Assembly: GCA_965262935.1 (NCBI GenBank)
Contig: OZ253572.1
Span: forward strand, 6,937,980 to 7,001,979
Origin: Spirochaetia bacterium
GTDB taxonomy: Bacteria > Spirochaetota > Spirochaetia > SZUA-6 > Bin103
Reading direction: 5' to 3'
Length of the DNA: 64,000 bases
A program made the position numbers and the translations under genes. Below the pieces are notes generated by a model. The model saw only the letters and a program-made list of their open reading frames with translations. It searched no databases and had not been told where the DNA came from. Below are positions 9,125 to 19,721 of the stretch, one piece after another (positions within the stretch are counted from its first letter, which is position 1; the number at the start of each line of letters is the position of its first letter).

Positions 9125-10624
9125 TCAGTCGTTCTGGTCGGCCTTCGCCGCTTCGATCCGGTTGGCGATCCTGGCCCACTCGTTGTACAGGGACTCGGTA
9201 ACCTCGCCGAACCCGGCGGGGAAGCTGCCCGCTTCGGTGTCGAGCGGAATCTCCTCAACCGCCGAGCCGGCACCATCCGAATCGGGCCTGAACAGCCACG
9301 CACCCACCTGGTCCGGAGTCAGCGCCACATCCGCGCCGGGAATCCCTTCGCGCCGCTCCTCCGACAACTCCGACAACCGAACGAGGTTGGCGAGCGCCTC
9401 CAGGATCCATTCGCTGTGCGTGGTCAACAGAACGCGGACTCCCGAATGCACCAGCCGCGCCAGTTCCCGTGCAAATGCAGTCTGCAACGCGGGATGCAGA
9501 TGCGACTCCGGCTCTTCGATGATCAACAGGTCTCCGGGCTCCACAAGGTAGCGCAGATACAGCACCACCGGAGCCAGTTCCGACACCATCGAAGAGGTGC
9601 GCATCAACGGTACATCGGAATCCCACTTGGCCGGTCGATAGGCAAACGACGGATATCCGGTCTCGGATCGATTCAGGCGGACGGCGCCGGCCAGCAGATT
9701 CTGCTCCAATTCGTCCGCAAGTTTGCGCAAAGGAGTCCGCCGCGGCTGATTCATCCAGATCAGCCCATTCAGGAAGTCGGCAAGGACACCCGAGAGCAGC
9801 GGAACGCTCTCGGACGGACGCAGGCCGGCGGCAGTCGCACGCTGGATCAGGGCGCTGACCACCACCTGATGGCTATGCATCACCCCGGTGCGGTCGGACG
9901 GCAGGTAATACGCGCGGCGCGTCAGTGGCCGGGTCAGCGACTCGAACATGGCGTTGACCGCGGAGCTCAGCAGAAACGACGGATCCTCATCGTAGTAGCC
10001 GGGCAAGTCTGAATCCTCGGCGCTGAAACCGCTCACTTCGGGAAGCGTGTTGAACTGACCCGCTACCTCCACTCCCTTCGATCCGAAATCCACGCGGTAT
10101 CGGGCTTGCTCCCTACCGCGCTCGTCCGGAAGGTGTACCGCGATGGTGGCGCGGTGGTCAGCACTTTCTCGGCGCACCAGATCTTTAGCCACATCGGTGC
10201 CGAAACAGCGGTTCACTTCCTGCTCCACGTATCGTCCGCTACCGGGGATTCGCTCCAACACGGAACGAAACGCACTCGCCAGATCATCCGGCAGCGGAGC
10301 CGACTCGTTCCTGCCAAGTTGTGCCCACCAATTAGCGATACTCTCGCGCAGGTCGTCCTGGTCCATCAGCGCTTCTGCCATGGTGATGTTGAAGCTGAAC
10401 ATGTGGCGAGCCCGGATCGGCTCGTGCGGCTTCTGAAAGCTTGGGCTGAAACACTGGTGCAACGCGTACACCAACATCGCCAGGTAGGACTTGCCGGTGT
10501 TGCTCGGACCTGCGAACACGGTAAGTGGACGCAGGTCAACGGCAGCGCGTCGTATCGGACCGAAATCGGCGACCTCGATCCGGTAGTTGCCGTTGCCGCC
10601 CGCGACAGCACCCGCGCCGTTCAT
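9125..10624 (-). CDS. ABC-type AAA ATPase (AAA_15/AAA_21; OLD/AbiEii-like)
   Basis: FGPI N-terminal motif, Walker A GPSNTGKS, signature SSMVSEL, Walker B LIIEEPESHLHP, H-loop TTHS. Confidence 0.9.
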   Translation of the reverse strand: MNGAGAVAGGNGNYRIEVADFGPIRRAAVDLRPLTVFAGPSNTGKSYLAMLVYALHQCFSPSFQKPHEPIRARHMFSFNITMAEALMDQDDLRESIANWWAQLGRNESAPLPDDLASAFRSVLERIPGSGRYVEQEVNRCFGTDVAKDLVRRESADHRATIAVHLPDERGREQARYRVDFGSKGVEVAGQFNTLPEVSGFSAEDSDLPGYYDEDPSFLLSSAVNAMFESLTRPLTRRAYYLPSDRTGVMHSHQVVVSALIQRATAAGLRPSESVPLLSGVLADFLNGLIWMNQPRRTPLRKLADELEQNLLAGAVRLNRSETGYPSFAYRPAKWDSDVPLMRTSSMVSELAPVVLYLRYLVEPGDLLIIEEPESHLHPALQTAFARELARLVHSGVRVLLTTHSEWILEALANLVRLSELSEERREGIPGADVALTPDQVGAWLFRPDSDGAGSAVEEIPLDTEAGSFPAGFGEVTESLYNEWARIANRIEAAKADQND

Positions 10625-10650
10625 GGACAACGCCGATTGGTGCCGTCCGT

Positions 10651-10676
10651 GCGAACGGTACGAGTCGTACGTTCGC
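10651..10676. promoter_or_regulatory. Inverted repeat upstream of the ATPase (candidate operator)
   Basis: GCGAAC-G-GTACGA-G-TCGTAC-GTTCGC. Confidence 0.45.
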
Positions 10677-10752
10677 CATACCGGAGGATGCGAAGCCAAC
10701 CGCTATGCGGCGTCAGCGCGAGCGGGTTAGCCATCTGAGGGGCAAACTACCC

Positions 10753-10895
10753 TTAGCGGCGGCACGAGTCCAGAAACCGGCCGGCGGCGTCAATCAGTTC
10801 CCGGGTGATCGCTTCAGCGCCGTGCCCGGCGTCGTCCACGATCACGAACTCGGCGCGTGGCCAGGAGCGATGGAGCGTCCACGCGTTGACGATCG
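10753..10895 (-). pseudogene. pip: Proline iminopeptidase C-terminal fragment
   Basis: AWTLHRSWPRAEFVIVDDAGH matches the catalytic-His region; the rest of the gene is absent. Confidence 0.65.
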
Positions 10896-11011
10896 CGGGA
10901 AAGAGTCGTGTCATGCCGGGCTCCGCACGGGCTGTCACTTCTCCATGCGTCCTCTGACTATCGATTCCACCCGAAGGGGGAGGCCCGGTTCACGGGGGCC
11001 ATGCCGACGCA

Positions 11012-11049
11012 ACATTTCCGTTGACGTAAACAGAAATGTGTTTCATGAT
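11012..11049 (+). promoter_or_regulatory. hicB promoter with overlapping palindromic operator
   Basis: TTGACG (11021), N17, CATGAT (11044); ACATTTC...GAAATGT and AAACA...TGTTT inverted repeats. Confidence 0.6.
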
Positions 11050-11072
11050 AGTCCGCGCAATGAGAAATCCAT

Positions 11073-11489
11073 ATGCTATGTTATCCCATTGAACTTGAAG
11101 AGGATGGTGGGACTGTACTTGTTAGGTCGCCAGATTTTCCGGAACTGACGACGTTTGGAGAAGATCGTGACGAGGCGTTGGGGCGTGCGGTCAATGCGCT
11201 GGAGGAAGCGGTTGCCGCACGCATCCACGACCGGAAAGACATTCCGATGCCCTCTCCGGGCGGAGAGGTTCAAATCCTACTGCCAACCCTTACTGCTGTC
11301 AAAGTGATTCTGTACCAGGGCATGAGGGATCAGAATATCGGTAAGGCCGAGTTGGCCAGACGCCTGGGTTGGCATCTGCCGCAAGTAGATCGTGTGCTGA
11401 ATGTCAATCACCATTCGCGGCTTGATCAGATGGATGCCGCCTTGGGTGCTATCGGTCGACGCCTTGAAGTCACGTCAGTAGCTGCGTAG
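11073..11489 (+). CDS. hicB: HicB-family antitoxin with C-terminal HTH (no hicA partner)
   Basis: PDFPELTTFGEDRDEALGRA RNase-H-like part plus KAELARRLGWHLPQVDR HTH. Confidence 0.9.
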   Translation: MLCYPIELEEDGGTVLVRSPDFPELTTFGEDRDEALGRAVNALEEAVAARIHDRKDIPMPSPGGEVQILLPTLTAVKVILYQGMRDQNIGKAELARRLGWHLPQVDRVLNVNHHSRLDQMDAALGAIGRRLEVTSVAA

Positions 11490-11622
11490 GCCTGTCCACC
11501 ACCGAGGCCTCCTTCTGGGGAGCCAGCTCCTCCGCGAGGGACGCAACCGCCTCGCAAACGCGCTTGCGATCTTGATGTTCGCGTCATGGTAGCTGACTGT
11601 CAGCCTCAGGATTGGACGGAAC

Positions 11623-12183
11623 ATGATTCAACAGAAACACCTCGACCTGCTGCTCGATCTGGACACCGACAAGAACCTTCACAGCGGCGGCGCCCTGCTG
11701 GATCACCTGCGCGGGACCCATGATCTCCTTCATGCGTGGGGTAACGATCAGGCCGTCTGTATCGGCGGGTTGTTTCACAGCATCTACGGAACGCAAGCGT
11801 ACCAGACACAATCCGCTTCCCTGGACGACCGTCAACGGATTCGTGCCGTGATCAGCGAGCGCGCCGAACGACTGGCCTTCCTCTTTTGCGTGTCGAACCG
11901 AGCGGGGTTCTTCGAAGCGCTCGACAAGCACGATGCGACGCTCTGGAATCGCGTCCATGAACAGACCATACCGGTTACCCAAGATGAGCTGCGCGACCTC
12001 ATCGAAATGGAAATGGCCAATTTCGTGGAGTTCATGCCGAGACTGCCGTTCACGAAGGAGGAGCTCGCGGCATTCGAAGCCAGGGTCGAACGTACCAGTG
12101 ACCTCATCACGCAACGCGCGTACGCTGCAGCCAAGGCCGCCAACGAGACGAAACGCCGCGGCAATTCGCACCCCGATCTCTGA
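11623..12183 (+). CDS. DUF6817-like, HD-related protein
   Basis: HSGGALLDHLRGTHDLLHAWG...GLFHSIYGT and AERLAFLFC motifs. Confidence 0.75.
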   Translation: MIQQKHLDLLLDLDTDKNLHSGGALLDHLRGTHDLLHAWGNDQAVCIGGLFHSIYGTQAYQTQSASLDDRQRIRAVISERAERLAFLFCVSNRAGFFEALDKHDATLWNRVHEQTIPVTQDELRDLIEMEMANFVEFMPRLPFTKEELAAFEARVERTSDLITQRAYAAAKAANETKRRGNSHPDL

Positions 12184-12429
12184 CCGAGCGCAATGCGCGT
12201 GGTTGCCAGCATGCCGAGGCGCGGTCGCCGCCGTTAGCGGATCCAGACGAGTTCATCACCTCTCACGTGTGCGGACACCCGGCACGCTGTCGGCGCTGTC
12301 GGCGACCCGTGTCTTCCCTGCTGCGACCGTGTGCATCCGTTGCCAAAGGGCGCGCGTTATTCCATGTTGGCCGTGTGGGACTGCCCCGCGAGGTGGAAGC
12401 AGGAGGGAGCCGGCCCGAGGCCGGTCGTT

Positions 12430-13455
12430 GTGGTTGAACTGATTCGGCAGCTCAGCGCGCCGCTGGCGCCGCGGTCCGTTGCCGGATGCCTGCCGCGGTT
12501 GCGGCGGATCGGCGGCGTGCGCGGCGTGCTGTTCGACGTATACGGCACGCTGCTGATCTCCGCGGCGGGGGATATTGGCTCGGGAGCCGCCTCGTGGCAG
12601 GCGAAGTGCGCCGCTATGACGGCGGCATTGGACGACGCCGGTGTAGCGGGCGCGGCGCCGGGCGCAGCCGCCATGGTGGCGGCGCTGGAGGCGGCCATCC
12701 GCGCCGAGCACACGGCCGCGCGGGCGCGCGGGGTGGCGTATCCGGAGGTCGATTTGCGCGAGTTGTGGCGGCGCCTGCTGCCCGGCGCCGGGACGGCGGC
12801 GGTGGAGCGCGCCGCGGTCAGCTACGAGTGCCGCACCAACCCGGTGTGGCCGATGCCGGGGGCGGCCGCCGTGGTGGCCGCGCTGCAGGCGCGCGGGCCG
12901 GTGGGCATTGTCTCCAACGCGCAGTTCTTCACGCCGCTGGTGCTGGCCGCGCTGCTGCCGGAGCTCCGCATCGACCCACGGCTGGTGGTGTGGTCGTTCG
13001 CGGAGCGGGAGGCGAAACCATCGCCGCGGCTGTTCGCGGCCGCCGCCGCGCGCATGGCCCGGCACTGCCGCCTGCAGCCTCGCGAGCTCGTGATGGTGGG
13101 CAACGACCTACGCAATGACCTGCTGGGCGCACGCGCGGCGGGTCTGCGCACCGCCCTGTTCGCCGGCGATGCCCGCTCCCTGCGCCTGCGCCGCGACGAT
13201 CCGCGCTGTGCCGCCGTATGCCCCGACTTGGTGCTCACCGGTCTGTCGCAGTTGCCCCTCGCCCTGCGCCGCGACGGTCCGCGCCGGGATGCCGCGCGCC
13301 CCGGCCTGGTGCCCGCCCGTCTGGCGCAACGGCGCGCCGCCGTGCGCCGCGACGGCCCACGCGACCGCGGCCTGACCGACAGCCTGACGCCCGCCGGTCC
13401 GCCGCAACGGTCCGCCGCATCGCGCCGCGCCGTGGCGGCGGTTTTGGGGCGCTAG
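12430..13455 (+). CDS. HAD-superfamily hydrolase (start uncertain; ORF open from 12331)
   Basis: Motifs FDVYGTL, IVSNA, KPSP, MVGNDLRND. Confidence 0.85.
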   Translation: MVELIRQLSAPLAPRSVAGCLPRLRRIGGVRGVLFDVYGTLLISAAGDIGSGAASWQAKCAAMTAALDDAGVAGAAPGAAAMVAALEAAIRAEHTAARARGVAYPEVDLRELWRRLLPGAGTAAVERAAVSYECRTNPVWPMPGAAAVVAALQARGPVGIVSNAQFFTPLVLAALLPELRIDPRLVVWSFAEREAKPSPRLFAAAAARMARHCRLQPRELVMVGNDLRNDLLGARAAGLRTALFAGDARSLRLRRDDPRCAAVCPDLVLTGLSQLPLALRRDGPRRDAARPGLVPARLAQRRAAVRRDGPRDRGLTDSLTPAGPPQRSAASRRAVAAVLGR

Positions 13456-13465
13456 GGGCGCGGCC

Positions 13466-14665
13466 ATGCGAGCGACCCGCGCCACCATCGACCTGGCCCG
13501 GCTGCGCGCGAACCTGGAGGCGGTGGGTACGCACCTGCGCGCCGTGCGGGGTGCCTCGCGGCCGCCGCCACGGATCTGCCTGGCGGTCAAGGCCAACGCA
13601 TACGGTCACGGCGCCGTGCCGGTGGCGCGCGCCGCCCTGCAGGCGGGCGCAAGCGCCTTCGGGGTGGCCACCGTGGACGAGGGGGTGGCGCTGCGCGAGG
13701 CCGGCATCGACGCGCCGATCCTGCTGTTCAGCCTGCCGCTGCCGGAGGAGGCGCGCGCCATCGCCGCGGCCGGGCTCACGCCGCTGTGCGGCGACGCCGA
13801 CCTGGCACGCGACCTGGCACGCGCCGCCACGGCGGTGGGGCGTACCATCGACGTGCACCTGAAGATCGACACCGGCATGGCGCGGGTCGGCTGCCGGCCC
13901 CAGGAGGCCGTCGCCATCGCGGAGCAGTTGCGCGGCCTGGCCGGACTGCGCCTCACCGGCCTGTGCACTCACTTCGCCCGCTCCAGCGAGGCCGATCAGG
14001 AGTTCTCGCGCGCGCAGCTCGCCGCCTTCCACGACGCCATCGCCGCCATCCCCGACCGCCACCTGCTGCTGCACCACGCCGCCAACTCGGGCGCCATCGT
14101 CGGATTGCCGGAATCGCACCTGGACATGGTGCGCCTGGGGGTGATCGCGTACGGCTACTATCCCGGCGGCGACCTGCCGCGCCCCGTCGCGGTGCAGCCG
14201 GTCATGGAGCTGGCGACGCGCCTGACCTACCTGAAGCGGGTGCCCGCCGGCACCGGCATCTCCTACGGCCACACCCATCGCACCACCGCCGCCACCGTGA
14301 TCGCCACCCTGCCCGCCGGCTACGCGGACGGCTACCCGCGGCTCCTCTCCGGCCGCGCCGAAGTGCTCATCCGCGGGCGCCGCTACCCGGTGGTGGGCCG
14401 CATCTGCATGGACCAGTGCCTGGTCGACCTGGGGCCGCACCCCGACGCCGCCCGCTACGACCACGCGGTCCTGTTCGGCCCCGACCCCGCTGGCCCCGAC
14501 GCCGTCGAACTCGCCGACCGCATCGGCACCATCCCCTACGAAATCACCAGCGCCATATCCGCCCGCGTCCCGCGCCTCTATCTGGACGACACCGGTCAAG
14601 AGGCGTCTCATGAGTCGCACCAGAGCGCAGAACGTGGTGGGAGATCGGTGTCCGGGAGACATTGA
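13466..14665 (+). CDS. alr: Alanine racemase
   Basis: AVKANAYGHG (PLP Lys), HLKIDTGM, GYADG, GRICMD, TIPYE. Confidence 0.97.
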   Translation: MRATRATIDLARLRANLEAVGTHLRAVRGASRPPPRICLAVKANAYGHGAVPVARAALQAGASAFGVATVDEGVALREAGIDAPILLFSLPLPEEARAIAAAGLTPLCGDADLARDLARAATAVGRTIDVHLKIDTGMARVGCRPQEAVAIAEQLRGLAGLRLTGLCTHFARSSEADQEFSRAQLAAFHDAIAAIPDRHLLLHHAANSGAIVGLPESHLDMVRLGVIAYGYYPGGDLPRPVAVQPVMELATRLTYLKRVPAGTGISYGHTHRTTAATVIATLPAGYADGYPRLLSGRAEVLIRGRRYPVVGRICMDQCLVDLGPHPDAARYDHAVLFGPDPAGPDAVELADRIGTIPYEITSAISARVPRLYLDDTGQEASHESHQSAERGGRSVSGRH

Positions 14666-14712
14666 TCAAGCCCGCTGTGTGCAGGTCACAGCGATCATTC
14701 TCACATACCAAC

Positions 14713-14743
14713 TTGCCATTTTTACGAAGTTTCCGTAAAAATG
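14713..14743 (+). promoter_or_regulatory. Promoter with perfect 10-bp inverted repeat (candidate operator)
   Basis: TTGCCA at 14713; CATTTTTACG-N7-CGTAAAAATG at 14717-14743; ATG at 14749. Confidence 0.6.
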
Positions 14744-14748
14744 TATCT

Positions 14749-16095
14749 ATGAGCGGAGATATGGAGCCATCTACTACTTCAAGTGCGCTCCTGTCGTTCA
14801 CCGCAGAGAACGTTCGTTCCTACTCGAACGAGGTCCACCTCTCAATGCTTGGAACGAGACTGGCCGAAGCGGACGCGGTCCGCGATCTGCCGGCCGCGGG
14901 AACCCGGACGCCGACGAGCGTGTTGCCGGTTGCCGGCGTGTTCGGCGCCAATGCGTCCGGGAAGTCCACCCTGCTGCGCGCCATGCACGACATGCGCACC
15001 TTCGTCCTCTCCTCGTTTCGCCAAGGAGGAGCGGAAGCCAAGATCACTCGCCATCGGTTTCTTCTCCATGGCCCCGACATGCGCCCTTCTCGCTTCCAGA
15101 TCGAACTGATCCTGGACGGGGTGCGTTGGCAGTACGGGTTTGAGATTGATGACCGCCACGTCCTTGGCGAGTACGCCTACCACTATCCACGTGGGCGCCA
15201 AGCACTCGTATTCCGCCGAGAGCGCAACGCCCAGGCGATCAGCTTCGGTCCCGTGTTTCGTTCCTCAGGCAACGCACTCGCCCGGCTGGTCCCGGATAAC
15301 GCGCTCCTGTTGTCAGTAGCGGGTGCCGCCAAAGACACCCTGATTGGACCGCTGTTTACCTGGTTCCGCAACAATCTCCGTTTGATGGAGTCCGGCAATC
15401 GGGACCTGCGCATCGCGCTCACGGCTGATCTCATCCGGTCGCCCTATGCGCGTGAAGGCGCACTCGCCCTGCTGCAAGCCGCCGACCTCGGTATCGCCGA
15501 TGTCGAGCGGTTTCAACCGGAACTCGAGCCGGAAATGGTCGACCGCATCGCGCGCGCGCTCCGGATCCTGAACGAACCAGAGGATGACACTGACGCGAGC
15601 AACAAGTCATTCGTCTACAGCGAAGTAATTCGACTCCTTCACGTGGGCCGAGACGGTGCGGAAGCGATCGACGCGGGACTGGAGTCGCAAGGCACGCTGG
15701 TGTGGCTCGGCTTGGTGGGCCCGGTGCTTCAAGCCCTTCAAGACGGAACAGCCGTTCTGATTGACGAATTGGACGTGAGTCTTCACCCTCACTTGGCGCA
15801 CGAACTCGTTTCCTTTTTCCAGGGCCGTGACACCAACCGACGTTGTGCCCAGCTCATATTCAACGCGCACGATACCAGCATCCTCGGAGACAGCGGCCAG
15901 CGCTTCCTCGGCCGCGACCAGATCTGGTTCACTGAGAAGGATATAGATGGTGGCACCACTCTCTATCCGCTGTCGGACTTCCGCCCGAAGGGTGATGAAG
16001 CCGTAGGGCGTCGATATCTGCAGGGACGCTACGGGGCCGTGCCGGTGTTGAATCCAGCCGGGTTCCGCAAGGCTGCGGATACTATCGGTTCGTGA
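14749..16095 (+). CDS. AAA_21 ATPase (RloA / AbiLi-like)
   Basis: Walker A GANASGKS, signature ESQGT, Walker B LIDELDVSLHP, RDQIWFTEK, YLQGRYGAVP. Confidence 0.92.
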   Translation: MSGDMEPSTTSSALLSFTAENVRSYSNEVHLSMLGTRLAEADAVRDLPAAGTRTPTSVLPVAGVFGANASGKSTLLRAMHDMRTFVLSSFRQGGAEAKITRHRFLLHGPDMRPSRFQIELILDGVRWQYGFEIDDRHVLGEYAYHYPRGRQALVFRRERNAQAISFGPVFRSSGNALARLVPDNALLLSVAGAAKDTLIGPLFTWFRNNLRLMESGNRDLRIALTADLIRSPYAREGALALLQAADLGIADVERFQPELEPEMVDRIARALRILNEPEDDTDASNKSFVYSEVIRLLHVGRDGAEAIDAGLESQGTLVWLGLVGPVLQALQDGTAVLIDELDVSLHPHLAHELVSFFQGRDTNRRCAQLIFNAHDTSILGDSGQRFLGRDQIWFTEKDIDGGTTLYPLSDFRPKGDEAVGRRYLQGRYGAVPVLNPAGFRKAADTIGS

Positions 16096-16675
16096 CTCGC
16101 CCATTAGCCGGGCACCCGCGCCGGCGCGGCATTCCGCGTGTACCGCGACACGTGATCCGCGTTCTCACGGAGGGCAAGATCACGGAACCGGACTATCTGA
16201 CAAAGTGGGCGCGTCTCAACCGCCGCAACGTCCGCCTTGAGATCGGCGATAGCGGAATGACCCCGGACGCTCTCGTGCGCCGTGCGAAGGAGTACGTGAA
16301 GCGGAACCGTCGGACGAAACGTTCGGACCCGGAGTTCGACGAGATCTGGTGCGTATTCGACGCGGCATCAACGTCGCGGTCTCCAATCCATGCTTCGAAC
16401 TCTGGCTGGTGCTGCATCGGGAAGAGCAGACTGCCTACATCGACCGCGGTGACATCCAACAGCGGTCGGACATACTTCAACTCACTGCCAACAAGCGGAT
16501 TCTGCCCGTGGCAGAGCCTATCCTCGTCGATGCCGTTGACATGGCAAAGCAGCGCGCCAGAGCGCTCGACCGACGGCACGCCGATAATGGATCGCCGCCG
16601 CGCTCGAACCCCAGCACCGATGCATGGCGCCTTGTCGATCGGCTGCGGGCTGGGATGCAGGGCGGGCCGACCTAG
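16092..16675 (+). pseudogene. rloB: RloB-family protein with internal deletion and frameshift
   Basis: TEGKITEPDY...WCVFD joins out of frame directly to GINVAVSNPCFELWLVLH...NPST; junction near 16361. Confidence 0.85.
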
Positions 16676-16690
16676 CAGCCCGTCCTGCAT
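16655..16690. terminator. Hairpin between convergent rloB and ilvC
   Basis: ATGCAGGGCGGGC-N10-GCCCGTCCTGCAT, one G-T pair, no U tract. Confidence 0.45.
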
Positions 16691-16695
16691 GCAGG

Positions 16696-17712
16696 CTAGT
16701 TCTTGGACTTGTCGACCAGGCGCTCCTTGGCGATCCAGGGCATCATGGAGCGCAGCTTGGCGCCGACCTCCTCGAGCTGGTGGGCGGCGTGGTCGGAGCG
16801 CATGCGCAGGAACTCCTCGCGGCCGGCGCGGTTCTCGTCCATCCAGCTGCGCGCGAAGGTGCCTTCCTGGATCTCGGCCAGGATCTTCTTCATCTCGGCC
16901 TTGATGCGGTCGTCGATCAGGCGCGCGCCCGAGACGTAGTCGCCGTACTCGGCAGTGTCGGACACCGAGTAGCGCATCAACGACATGCCGCCCTCGTAGA
17001 TCAGGTCGACGATCAGCTTGACCTCGTGGATGGTCTCGAAGTAGGCCATCTCCGGGGCGTAGCCGGCCTCCACCAGCGTCTCGTAGCCGGCCTGCATCAG
17101 ATGGGTCAGGCCGCCGCACAGCACCGACTGCTCGCCGAACAGGTCGGTTTCGGTCTCCTCGCGGAAGTTGGTCTCGATCACCCCGGCGCGCGCACCGCCG
17201 ATCGCCGAGGCGTACGCCAGGGCCAGGTTCTTGCCGCCGCCGGAGGCTTCATTGGCCACCGCCACCAGGCACGGCACGCCGTAGCCGAGTTCGTACTGGC
17301 GGCGCACCGTGTGGCCCGGCCCCTTGGGCGCGACCATGGTCACGTCCACGTCGGCGGCCGGCTTGATCAATCCGAAGTGGATGTTGAAGCCGTGGGCGAA
17401 CATCAGGTTGTTGCCGGCCACCAGGCCCGGCTTGATGTCGCGCTCGTAGATCTCGGCCTGCAGATGGTCGGGCACCAGCATCATGATGGCGTCCGCCCAG
17501 GCGGCAGCGGCAGCCGTCTCCAGCACCGGTATGCCGGTCTCCTTTACCTTGGCCGCGCTGGCGCTGTCGGGACGCAGCCCCACCGCCACCTCCACGCCCG
17601 AGTCGCGCAGATTGTTGGCGTGCGCGAAACCCTGACTGCCGTATCCGATCACGGCCACTTTCTTGCCGGCGATCCACTGGCGCTCGATGTCATCCTCGTA
17701 ATAGACCTGCAT
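16696..17712 (-). CDS. ilvC: Ketol-acid reductoisomerase
   Basis: [42 protein letters not shown]. Confidence 0.98.
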   Translation of the reverse strand: MQVYYEDDIERQWIAGKKVAVIGYGSQGFAHANNLRDSGVEVAVGLRPDSASAAKVKETGIPVLETAAAAAWADAIMMLVPDHLQAEIYERDIKPGLVAGNNLMFAHGFNIHFGLIKPAADVDVTMVAPKGPGHTVRRQYELGYGVPCLVAVANEASGGGKNLALAYASAIGGARAGVIETNFREETETDLFGEQSVLCGGLTHLMQAGYETLVEAGYAPEMAYFETIHEVKLIVDLIYEGGMSLMRYSVSDTAEYGDYVSGARLIDDRIKAEMKKILAEIQEGTFARSWMDENRAGREEFLRMRSDHAAHQLEEVGAKLRSMMPWIAKERLVDKSKN

Positions 17713-17777
17713 GATTCCTCCCGAATTTCGGAAGCCAAAGCATACCGGGAACGTCCGCCGCGTGCTATACTGACGCG

Positions 17778-18491
17778 GTGGGAGTGGACTTGAAGGTCAC
17801 TGAACTACCGTCCGCGGCGATCATCGCTGCCCTCGACCGCATGGTGACCATGGTACAAGAGGAAGAAGATCCCGTTGAGCTCAAGGCATACCGCGCGCTG
17901 TTCAAGAAACACGTGCCCTTCAACCTGCGCGGCTACGTAACGGCGCACATGGTAAAGGAACTGGCCGGCGCCAGCGCCCGGCCGGACCGGAACGCGGATG
18001 CGCGGCGCGGAGACCAGCGCCGCCGGCCACGCCGGGCAGCCGCGCCGGCCGCCGCGGCTGCCGATACCGCCAGCGCCGCCGCCGAGCCACGCCGGGAACG
18101 CAGCGCCGAACTGCGCCGCCGGCCGCGCCGGGAAACCGCGCCGGCCGCCGCGGCTGCCGATGCCGCCAGCGCCGCCGGCGAAGCACGCCGGGAACGCAGC
18201 GCCGAGCAGCGCCGCCGGCCGCGCCGGGAAACCGAGCCGGCGCCCGAGGGCCTGAGCCGCCTGTTCGTCAGCATCGGGCGCAACCGGCGCGTCCTGCCCG
18301 ACGATCTGGCCGAGCTGATCAGCGACTCGGTGACCGTGGAACGATCCGAACTGGGTGAAATCAGAGTCCTCGACAGCTACTCGTTCGTCGAGGTTCCGGA
18401 GGCGGTCGCGGAGGACACCATCGCCGCCCTGTCCGGAACCAGTTTCAAGGGGCGGCGGATCACGGTCGATTTCGCCCGCGCCAAGACCTGA
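17778..18491 (+). CDS. DbpA RNA-binding-domain protein without a helicase core
   Basis: C-terminal [11 protein letters not shown]...[12 protein letters not shown]...[10 protein letters not shown]; extended -10 TGCTATACT just upstream. Confidence 0.85.
   Translation: MGVDLKVTELPSAAIIAALDRMVTMVQEEEDPVELKAYRALFKKHVPFNLRGYVTAHMVKELAGASARPDRNADARRGDQRRRPRRAAAPAAAAADTASAAAEPRRERSAELRRRPRRETAPAAAAADAASAAGEARRERSAEQRRRPRRETEPAPEGLSRLFVSIGRNRRVLPDDLAELISDSVTVERSELGEIRVLDSYSFVEVPEAVAEDTIAALSGTSFKGRRITVDFARAKT
18015..18240 (+). repeat. 96-bp intragenic tandem repeat, about 2.3 copies
   Basis: 32-aa unit (Q/L)[26 protein letters not shown]. Confidence 0.85.
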
Positions 18492-18556
18492 GCACCCCGG
18501 TCCCGCCGCGTCCCGGCGACCCGCCGCCGCGTTGGCCGCCGGCGGGCAGCACCGAG

Positions 18557-19164
18557 GTGTGGCCGCAGGCCGACCTGCCGCGGCTGGCGCCGTTGCTGCA
18601 GCTTGCGCCGCGCGCGGAAACTGGAAATCGGCAGCGGCAACGGCAATTTCCTCGCCGCGCACAGCGCCGCCCGCGGCGACACCCTGGTGATCGGTACGGA
18701 ACTGAAGCTGGAACGGTGCCGCAAGAGCGCCCGCAAGCTGGGCGCCGCCGGCGCCGGCAATGGCCTCATCATCCATGGCCGCGCCGAGCAGGTGATCGGC
18801 TGGCTGCCGCCGGGGAGCCTGGACGCGGTGCACATCTATTTTCCCGATCCGTGGCCGAAGCGGCGCCACCGCAAGCGGCGCTTGCTGGCGCGGCAGCGAG
18901 GTGGCGCAACTGACGCGCCTGCTGCGGCCCGGCGGCTGTCTCCATCTGGTCACCGATTTCTTCGACTACTACCTGCAGGCCGTCGTGCTGCTGCTGCTGC
19001 AGCCCGATCTGGAGGTGGACCGCGACCCCGCCCTGCTGCCGGCGGCGGCCAATCTGTCCCGCTACGGACCGCGTCTGGAGGCCCTCGGCAAGAGCATCCT
19101 GTGCGCCACCGCGCGCCGGCGCGATGCCGCGCACCGGACCCACGGCAGCGGTCATCGCTGCTAG
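18557..19164 (+). CDS. trmB: tRNA (guanine-N7)-methyltransferase with two frameshifts (error or pseudogene)
   Basis: LEIGSGNG, FPDPWPKRRHRKRR, LRPGG..VTD split over three frames; shifts near 18619 and 18897. Confidence 0.8.
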
Positions 19165-19168
19165 CGGG

Positions 19169-19525
19169 TCAGCGGTTGCGGCGCTCCTCCGAGGACTGGC
19201 AGCCGATACACAGCAGCGCGTAGGGGATCGCCTCCAGGCGTTCGCGGGGAATGCGCGAGCCGCACTTCATGCACACGCCGTAGTGGCCGTTGGGAATGCG
19301 CGCCAACGCCGAATCGATCAGATTGAGACGGCGCATTTCCTGAACGCCGAGTGCCTCGAGCGTCTTGCGGTCGACATCCTCGGCGGCAACATCCACCAGA
19401 TCCTTGGGATCCATATCTTCCCAAAGCTCGCGAAACTCCGCGTCTTCCTGGGCCAGATGTGTCAGGATGTCCTTCTTCAGTGCGGTCAACCGCTGCCGCA
19501 TAGATTCGGTGAACGCTTTGTCCAA
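19169..19525 (-). CDS. dksA: DksA/TraR C4 zinc-finger transcription factor
   Basis: DxxDxA tip (DLVDVA); YGVCMKCG..IPRERLEAIP...CIGCQ. Confidence 0.85.
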   Translation of the reverse strand: MDKAFTESMRQRLTALKKDILTHLAQEDAEFRELWEDMDPKDLVDVAAEDVDRKTLEALGVQEMRRLNLIDSALARIPNGHYGVCMKCGSRIPRERLEAIPYALLCIGCQSSEERRNR

Positions 19526-19721
19526 GCCAGTCGACTCCCTACCAGAGCGGTGCCCCGACGCCGGCCGAGCCGGTGTGGGCGGGGCTGCGCATGTATGGGT
19601 GAATTATCGACCCCTTGTCAAGCTCCGTGAGTGCTTTGATGCTTTGTGAGCTTTGTATTGCAAGGCGTTTGGTTGACAAAACCGCCTAGCGGAGAAATCA
19701 TTGCCACTGAAAGGAGTTTTC

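Noticed and set aside
18610-18905. Programmed frameshifting in trmB
   Set aside because: No slippery heptamer or stimulator; two independent shifts fit sequencing error or decay better
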